Below, in pieces: positions 59,165 to 64,000 of a stretch of DNA of 64,000 bases; position 1 is the stretch's first letter; each line of letters starts with the position of its first letter. The translations under genes and the position numbers were made by a program. Below the pieces are notes generated by a model. The model was not told the DNA's origin. It did no database searches and saw only the letters and a list, made by a program, of their open reading frames with translations. The stretch spans positions 76,775 to 140,774 of the forward strand of contig CACLXG010000001.1 in NCBI GenBank assembly GCA_902610815.1. Reading direction: 5' to 3'. The DNA is from an uncultured Candidatus Actinomarina sp. Its GTDB lineage: Bacteria; Actinomycetota; Acidimicrobiia; Actinomarinales; Actinomarinaceae.

Positions 59165-59752
59165 ATTATAAAAAATTTTTTTAAATCACTACTTATAATT
59201 TTTGTAGCTATTGTTGCAGCGACATTAGTTAGAACTTTTCTTATACAAATTTACTTCATTCCATCATCTTCTATGGAGCCAACCCTAGAAGTTAATGACA
59301 GAGTTTTAGTAATAAAGAATACTTTCATAGAAACAGAGATATCAACTGATGATATTGTTGTCTTTTATGGCCCTCAAACAAAGTTTGACAAAAATTATTA
59401 TGATCAATTTATAGAGTCTTTACAGATTTGGAAATTGACCACTGATCAGACTTATTTAAATACTGCATTAATTAAACGAGTTGTGGGCACCGGTGGTGAT
59501 GAAGTAGTTATTAAACAATCCGGTGAAGTGTTTGTAAATAACAATAGATTTTTAGTCCTTAACATTGAAGAAGGTAGATACTTCAAAGACCTAACATACA
59601 TTGTCCCTGATGGTGAGATATTTGTATTAGGTGATAACAGAATAAATAGTCAAGACTCTAGATACATCGGAACAATACCTTACGAAAATATTGTTGGAAA
59701 AGCTTACTATGTTATTTACCCATTTGAAAACTTTAGAAATATAAATGATTGA
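59165..59752 (+). CDS. lepB: Signal peptidase I (extended upstream of the ORF-track ATG; start apparently non-canonical)
   Basis: In-frame upstream IIKNFFKSLLIIFVAIVAATLVRTFLIQIYFIPSSS precedes MEPTL; IKRVVG (catalytic Lys); GDNRINSQDSR. Confidence 0.88.
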   Translation: MIKNFFKSLLIIFVAIVAATLVRTFLIQIYFIPSSSMEPTLEVNDRVLVIKNTFIETEISTDDIVVFYGPQTKFDKNYYDQFIESLQIWKLTTDQTYLNTALIKRVVGTGGDEVVIKQSGEVFVNNNRFLVLNIEEGRYFKDLTYIVPDGEIFVLGDNRINSQDSRYIGTIPYENIVGKAYYVIYPFENFRNIND

Positions 59753-60332
59753 AGATAAAGTTTGGTCAGAAAATCCAAGTAAATACATTATAGGAGCAGA
59801 TGAAGTTGGTAGAGGTTCCTTTGCTGGTCCAATATGTGCTGCAGCAGTGAAAATTAATTATTCACATTTAGAACTGCTAGCTAATGTAAAAGACTCAAAA
59901 AAACTTAGTGCAAAAAAAAGAGAAGAAATATTTTTAATTGTTCAAGAAAATAACATTGAGTATTCATTTAATGAATCATCAAACAACTTTATTGATCAAT
60001 TTGGAATCAAAAACGCTAATGAAAAAGTATTAACTGATTCAATCTCAGATATCTACACTGGCAATGAAATAGTATATGTTGATCATTTTAAAATTAATGA
60101 TTTCAAATCTATCTCTGTGGTACGTGGAGAAGATAATTGCAGAGCAATAGCTTTAGCAAGTATTGTAGCAAAAGTGCTCAGAGATAATTTAATGATTAAA
60201 TTTTCAGAAAAATATCCTGAATATTCATTTGAAAAGAATAAAGGCTATGGAACAAAAGATCACAGAGAGGCTATTTCAAAATATGGTTTATCTAATATTC
60301 ACAGAAAATCTTTTAGCTTAAAGCCCATATAA
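59745..60332 (+). CDS. rnhB: Ribonuclease HII
   Basis: GADEVGRGSFAGP, DSKKL, ASIVAKV.RD, KGYGT. Confidence 0.95.
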   Translation: MIEDKVWSENPSKYIIGADEVGRGSFAGPICAAAVKINYSHLELLANVKDSKKLSAKKREEIFLIVQENNIEYSFNESSNNFIDQFGIKNANEKVLTDSISDIYTGNEIVYVDHFKINDFKSISVVRGEDNCRAIALASIVAKVLRDNLMIKFSEKYPEYSFEKNKGYGTKDHREAISKYGLSNIHRKSFSLKPI

Positions 60333-60420
60333 CAACTATTGCCGTAAGTATGAAAGCAAAAATAATATTGATATAGTCAGTCTTATTTGCCTTATAAGGT
60401 CTATTTGGATCAAATCCCAT
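60313..60420 (-). CDS. Small membrane peptide (35 aa, not in ORF track)
   Basis: MGFDPNRPYKANKTDYINIIFAFILTAIVVIWALS; TAGAAT 6 nt upstream of the ATG; C-terminal TM helix. Confidence 0.62.
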   Translation of the reverse strand: MGFDPNRPYKANKTDYINIIFAFILTAIVVIWALS

Positions 60421-60457
60421 AACTACATTCTAAATTAAAATATATTAAACTTGAAAT

Positions 60458-61213
60458 ATGGTTCTTGAATCAAAAATTGAAAACGATATTAAGTATTTAT
60501 ATTTTAATGATGAGACTTCTCTAAATGCTATAAGTTCAGGAGATTGGAAGTCATTAAAAACTGAAATAGAGTCTTTTGAAAAAAGTGATCAGAAGTACTT
60601 AGTAATTAAGCATATTAATGGTAATTATTCTGCAGGAGCACAGTTAGGTGAAAATATTAACTCCTTAATGGAAGATGTTTCAAATGCCGCTCAAGCATTA
60701 TGGAATTGTAAAAAACCAGTTATCTCACTTGTTAATGGCATAGCTGCTGGAGCTGGTTCCAATATGATGCTTTTAAGTGATTTTATTATTGCTACACCAG
60801 AGACAAGATTTATTGAAGTTTTTGTTAGGAGAGGGTTAGTTGTAGATTTTGGTGGTTCGTGGGTACTACCAAGAATCATTGGAATTCAAAAAGCAAAATC
60901 TTTAATGATGTCATCTAATGAAATTAATGGTACCGAACTAAATAACCTTGGAGTTTTATATAAGCTTTGTTTACTCGAAGAGATGGATCAAGAATTTGAA
61001 TCATTAATTGAAAGCTTAAACAAACAAAGTTTTATATCTATTTGTATGATTAAGCAACAAATAAGAGAAGGTTTAGATAAAACATTCAGTGAATCATTAG
61101 ATCTCGAAACAGTTAACCAAAATAAAAGGTTTTTACATTCAGATGCAGCTGAAGGAATGTCAGCATTTCTAGAGAAAAGACAACCAGTTTATAAAAATAC
61201 ATTGGATGAATAA
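60458..61213 (+). CDS. Enoyl-CoA hydratase/isomerase family protein (PaaG-like)
   Basis: YSAGA, KPVISLVNGIAAGAG, GLVVDFGGSWVLPR, EGMSAFLEKR.P. Confidence 0.85.
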   Translation: MVLESKIENDIKYLYFNDETSLNAISSGDWKSLKTEIESFEKSDQKYLVIKHINGNYSAGAQLGENINSLMEDVSNAAQALWNCKKPVISLVNGIAAGAGSNMMLLSDFIIATPETRFIEVFVRRGLVVDFGGSWVLPRIIGIQKAKSLMMSSNEINGTELNNLGVLYKLCLLEEMDQEFESLIESLNKQSFISICMIKQQIREGLDKTFSESLDLETVNQNKRFLHSDAAEGMSAFLEKRQPVYKNTLDE

Positions 61214-61287
61214 AAAAAATGTATAATTATTCATCTATATGAATTTTTATGCAATAATCATTACTTAAGAAAACGGAGGTTTACTAA

Positions 61288-62175
61288 GTGAAAACTAAGA
61301 AATCACTCCTTTTAATTTTTGTTCTCGCATTGGTTGCAGCTGCGTGTGGAGGCGCTGAAGCTACACCTTGTGATGAGGTAGAAATTACAACAGGAGAAAA
61401 CGGATTACCTGATCTAGGTGGATGTGAATTTACATTTGCTGTAGAAAATGCGTATCTTCCATTTAACTATATTGATGCCGCTGATGGTGTAGCAAAAGGT
61501 TGGGACTACGATGTCTTCAATCACATGGGTGAATTGATGAACTTCACACCAGTTTATATACCTGCAGCATGGGATGGAATGATACAAGCAGTTTCTGATG
61601 GTCAATTCATGGTTGCAGGCGATGGAATTACTATTACAGCTGAAAGAGATGAAATCATCGACTTTTCAGATGGATATATTAATTTAGCACAAAGAGTACT
61701 TGTAGCAGTTGGAAATACTGAAATTACAAGTATCGATGATCTCAAAAATGGAGATTATACAGTAGCAACTCAAAAGGGTACAACAAACTACGAGTTTGCA
61801 GTTTCAGAACTTGGAGAAGATAAAGTCCAAGCTTTTGATGATTTTAACTTTGCAATCCAAGCTGTTATTTCTGGTGATGCAGATGCATCAATCATTGATG
61901 AAACAGCTGGTTTAGGTTACATGGGAGCCAACAAAGACCAAGTAAAATTGGTTGGTGGCGACTTAACTTCTGAACAACTCGGTTTTGCATTTCCTAATGG
62001 AAGCCCATTAGTAGATGTAGTTAACAAAGGGTTGGCAGCAATGAAGGAAAGTGGAAAATTAGCAGAAATCAATGCTAAGTTCTTCTCACCTGACTTCTCA
62101 GTAACCTATGATGATATTGCAGAATGTGATGCTAGCATTCCAGAAGAATATCTTCCAGAGGACTGCGAAGTATAA
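61288..62175 (+). CDS. Polar amino-acid ABC transporter substrate-binding lipoprotein
   Basis: Lipobox AACGG, YLPF, WDGMI, GITITAER, QKGTTN; GGAGG RBS. Confidence 0.88.
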   Translation: MKTKKSLLLIFVLALVAAACGGAEATPCDEVEITTGENGLPDLGGCEFTFAVENAYLPFNYIDAADGVAKGWDYDVFNHMGELMNFTPVYIPAAWDGMIQAVSDGQFMVAGDGITITAERDEIIDFSDGYINLAQRVLVAVGNTEITSIDDLKNGDYTVATQKGTTNYEFAVSELGEDKVQAFDDFNFAIQAVISGDADASIIDETAGLGYMGANKDQVKLVGGDLTSEQLGFAFPNGSPLVDVVNKGLAAMKESGKLAEINAKFFSPDFSVTYDDIAECDASIPEEYLPEDCEV

Positions 62176-62203
62176 GTAAAAGTTTACTTATATTTAAATT
62201 TGT

Positions 62204-62234
62204 AATAGGCACGGAAATCCGTGCCTATTGCTTT
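62204..62234 (+). terminator. Stem-loop after the amino-acid binding protein gene
   Basis: AATAGGCACGG-AAAT-CCGTGCCTATT perfect 11-bp stem with a weak T-tail. Confidence 0.7.
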
Positions 62235-62247
62235 ACTATGGATACAA

Positions 62248-63003
62248 ATGAAAATAAAAAATCTACTTAAACCAGATAATTGGTGGATTCTTATTCTAAG
62301 TGGAGTTATAGCTTATATGCTATTCATGATCTATTCGGAACCTGAATACAACAAAGCTTTTAATTTTATACTTCCTGGACTTACAATTACTTTTCTTTCA
62401 ACTTTTATATCATTCATAATTGCTTTGTTTCTTGGATTAATTTCTGGAATTGGAAGGATATCTAAAAATAAATTTGCACGTACAATTTCAAGAACATACA
62501 TCGAATTTATACGTGGAGTTCCCGTTCTTATACTTATATTTACAATTGCTTTCGTAGTGGTCGTTAGAGCTGCTGAATTTTTTAACATTAATAATGGTAA
62601 TGTGCCAATGTTGGTTAGAGCAATAATTGCACTTTCAGTATTTTACGGTGCATATATAGCAGAAGTATTTAGAGCTGGAATTGAATCTGTTCCTGTAGGT
62701 CAAAGAGAGGGTGGTGCATCACTAGGTCTATCTGATAGACAAGTAATGAGACATATAGTTTTGCCTCAAGCTTTTCGTAATATGCTTCCTGCACTCGGAA
62801 ATGATTTTATTTCTATGATGAAAGATTCCTCACTGTTATCAGTATTAGCAGTAGAAGACCTAACCTATAGAGGCAGATTGTATTCAGGAAGTACATTTAG
62901 GTTTGCAGAAACTTATCTTGTTCTTACTGTTATGTATTTAATTATTACACTCATCCTTTCTGGATTACAAAGAAGACTTGAGAAAAGACTTGAAGCTAGA
63001 TAA
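62248..63003 (+). CDS. Polar amino-acid ABC transporter permease (start adjusted to 62248)
   Basis: YIEFIRGVP, AYIAEVFRAGIESV..GQRE, LPQAFR, KDSSL. Confidence 0.9.
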   Translation: MKIKNLLKPDNWWILILSGVIAYMLFMIYSEPEYNKAFNFILPGLTITFLSTFISFIIALFLGLISGIGRISKNKFARTISRTYIEFIRGVPVLILIFTIAFVVVVRAAEFFNINNGNVPMLVRAIIALSVFYGAYIAEVFRAGIESVPVGQREGGASLGLSDRQVMRHIVLPQAFRNMLPALGNDFISMMKDSSLLSVLAVEDLTYRGRLYSGSTFRFAETYLVLTVMYLIITLILSGLQRRLEKRLEAR

Positions 63004-63847
63004 TAGAAGCAATCAAGAAGAAATTCTAAATCAATATTTAAATACACTTGAAAAAATTAAAAATTATTCGCAAAACACAATTAAGTCATACAAAAATGAC
63101 ATTACTCAGTATTTGAATGAAGAGAACAATCTTGGAGAATTTTCAAATTTTTTAAAAATCTGTTCTAAAAAAAATTACTCAAAATCTACTATTAACAGAA
63201 AAATTACATCTATTAGGTCTTTTTTGTTTTGGAGTGCAGAAAATGATTATTTTGAAAGAGATTTAATAAAACCGGTTACAAGTTTAAAAACAGATAAAAA
63301 ACTTCCAAATGTCTTAACAGCAAATTATATTAATGAACTACTTGATTCTTTACCTGTAAGTAACAATAAAGAGATAAGAGACAAAGCCATATTAGAACTA
63401 ATGTATTCTTCTGGTCTTCGAGTTAGTGAAGTTAGCAATCTTATGATTAAAGATATTAGAAGCAATAAATCTATTAAAGTTTTAGGGAAAGGAAGTAAGG
63501 AGAGAGTTTTACCATTAACTGATCGTGCATTTAATAGTATTAATAACTATTTAAAAATTGCTAGAGAAATATTTGCTAATGAAAAATCTGGTCAATTTTT
63601 ATTTTTAGGTATAAGGGGCGGTAAATTAAGTGATAGAGAAATAAGAAGAATTGTAAAGCTAAGAGTTGGAACTTTTCCACACAGCTTAAGACACACTTTT
63701 GCAACACATCTTTTAGACGGGGGTGCAGATTTGCGAATAGTTCAGGAGCTACTTGGTCACAATGACCCAAATACAACACAGATATATACACATGTTTCAA
63801 AAAAACAATTGAAGAAAAAATACAAACAATCTCACCCAAGGGGTTGA
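62978..63847 (+). CDS. xerC: Tyrosine recombinase XerC
   Basis: YSSGLRVSE, GKGSKER, HSLRHTFATHLL, VQELLGH, TTQIYTH; position upstream of rpsB. Confidence 0.85.
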   Translation: MRKDLKLDNRSNQEEILNQYLNTLEKIKNYSQNTIKSYKNDITQYLNEENNLGEFSNFLKICSKKNYSKSTINRKITSIRSFLFWSAENDYFERDLIKPVTSLKTDKKLPNVLTANYINELLDSLPVSNNKEIRDKAILELMYSSGLRVSEVSNLMIKDIRSNKSIKVLGKGSKERVLPLTDRAFNSINNYLKIAREIFANEKSGQFLFLGIRGGKLSDREIRRIVKLRVGTFPHSLRHTFATHLLDGGADLRIVQELLGHNDPNTTQIYTHVSKKQLKKKYKQSHPRG

Positions 63848-63877
63848 TTAATACAGCATTAATATTAGAATTTTAAA

Positions 63878-63975
63878 GAAAATAGACACCACATTTACAA
63901 GTTTCCTTGGTGAACGAAAGTTTGGAAACCGCTTAGGCAAGGAATGTGGGATGAATTAACCAAAGGAGAAATTAG
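63878..63975 (+). promoter_or_regulatory. Structured 5' leader of rpsB (putative S2 autoregulatory RNA)
   Basis: CCACATT(63889-95)/AATGTGG(63943-49) and TTCCTTG/CAAGGAA pairings; TTGATT-N16-TAGAAT promoter upstream; AGGAG RBS. Confidence 0.55.
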
Positions 63976-64000
63976 ATGTCTACATCAATGAAAGACCTGT
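63976..64000 (+). CDS. rpsB: Probable 30S ribosomal protein S2, 5' fragment cut by the window end
   Basis: AGGAG RBS then MSTSMKDL (S2 typically starts xxMKxLL); xerC-rpsB order is typical of actinobacteria; only 8 codons visible. Confidence 0.6.

Noticed and set aside
2078-63839. Many 60-145 aa ORFs antisense to or nested in recognised genes (e.g. 53575..54009, 54599..54979, 23590..23886, 38333..38620)
   Set aside because: Shadow frames of well-supported genes, with no motifs or independent start signals.
62978-63847. Mobile-element integrase
   Set aside because: Size, motifs and position upstream of rpsB fit chromosomal XerC.
1-64000. tRNA, rRNA, tmRNA or riboswitch genes
   Set aside because: No intergenic region showed a cloverleaf or conserved riboswitch core by eye; tRNAscan-SE and Infernal would confirm.

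Overview
Gene-dense, AT-rich (about 30% GC by eye) bacterial core-genome segment with very short or overlapping intergenic spaces. Gene content and order (recG-rsmD-coaD-sepIVA-like-yceD-rpmF-plsX-rnc-mutM-smc; F420 biosynthesis and F420-dependent enzymes; ino1; xerC-rpsB) suggest a streamlined low-GC actinobacterium, probably marine Acidimicrobiia such as Ca. Actinomarina (inference). I found no rRNA, tRNA, CRISPR array or intact mobile element. The window holds a maltodextrin locus, a large acyl-CoA catabolic region, cell-wall genes, DNA repair, nucleoside salvage and translation genes. Main observations: (1) a cluster combining a radical [4Fe-4S]/FAD 4-hydroxybutyryl-CoA dehydratase that looks thaumarchaeal-type with an LvaA/LvaC (ACAD10/11)-like kinase-dehydrogenase pair; (2) a three-gene operon (unannotated Cys/His peptide, unknown protein, Rad52/Sak-like annealase) behind a PafBC/RecA-NDp-like promoter; (3) a GAPDH paralogue lacking the catalytic Cys directly upstream of gap; (4) an SMC with no visible hinge; (5) a domain-inverted photolyase with possible Fe-S ligands; (6) CofH with an extra N-terminal domain; (7) widespread leaderless-type promoters, which also support several small ORFs missing from the ORF track. 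All family assignments come from motif recognition by eye, not database searches.
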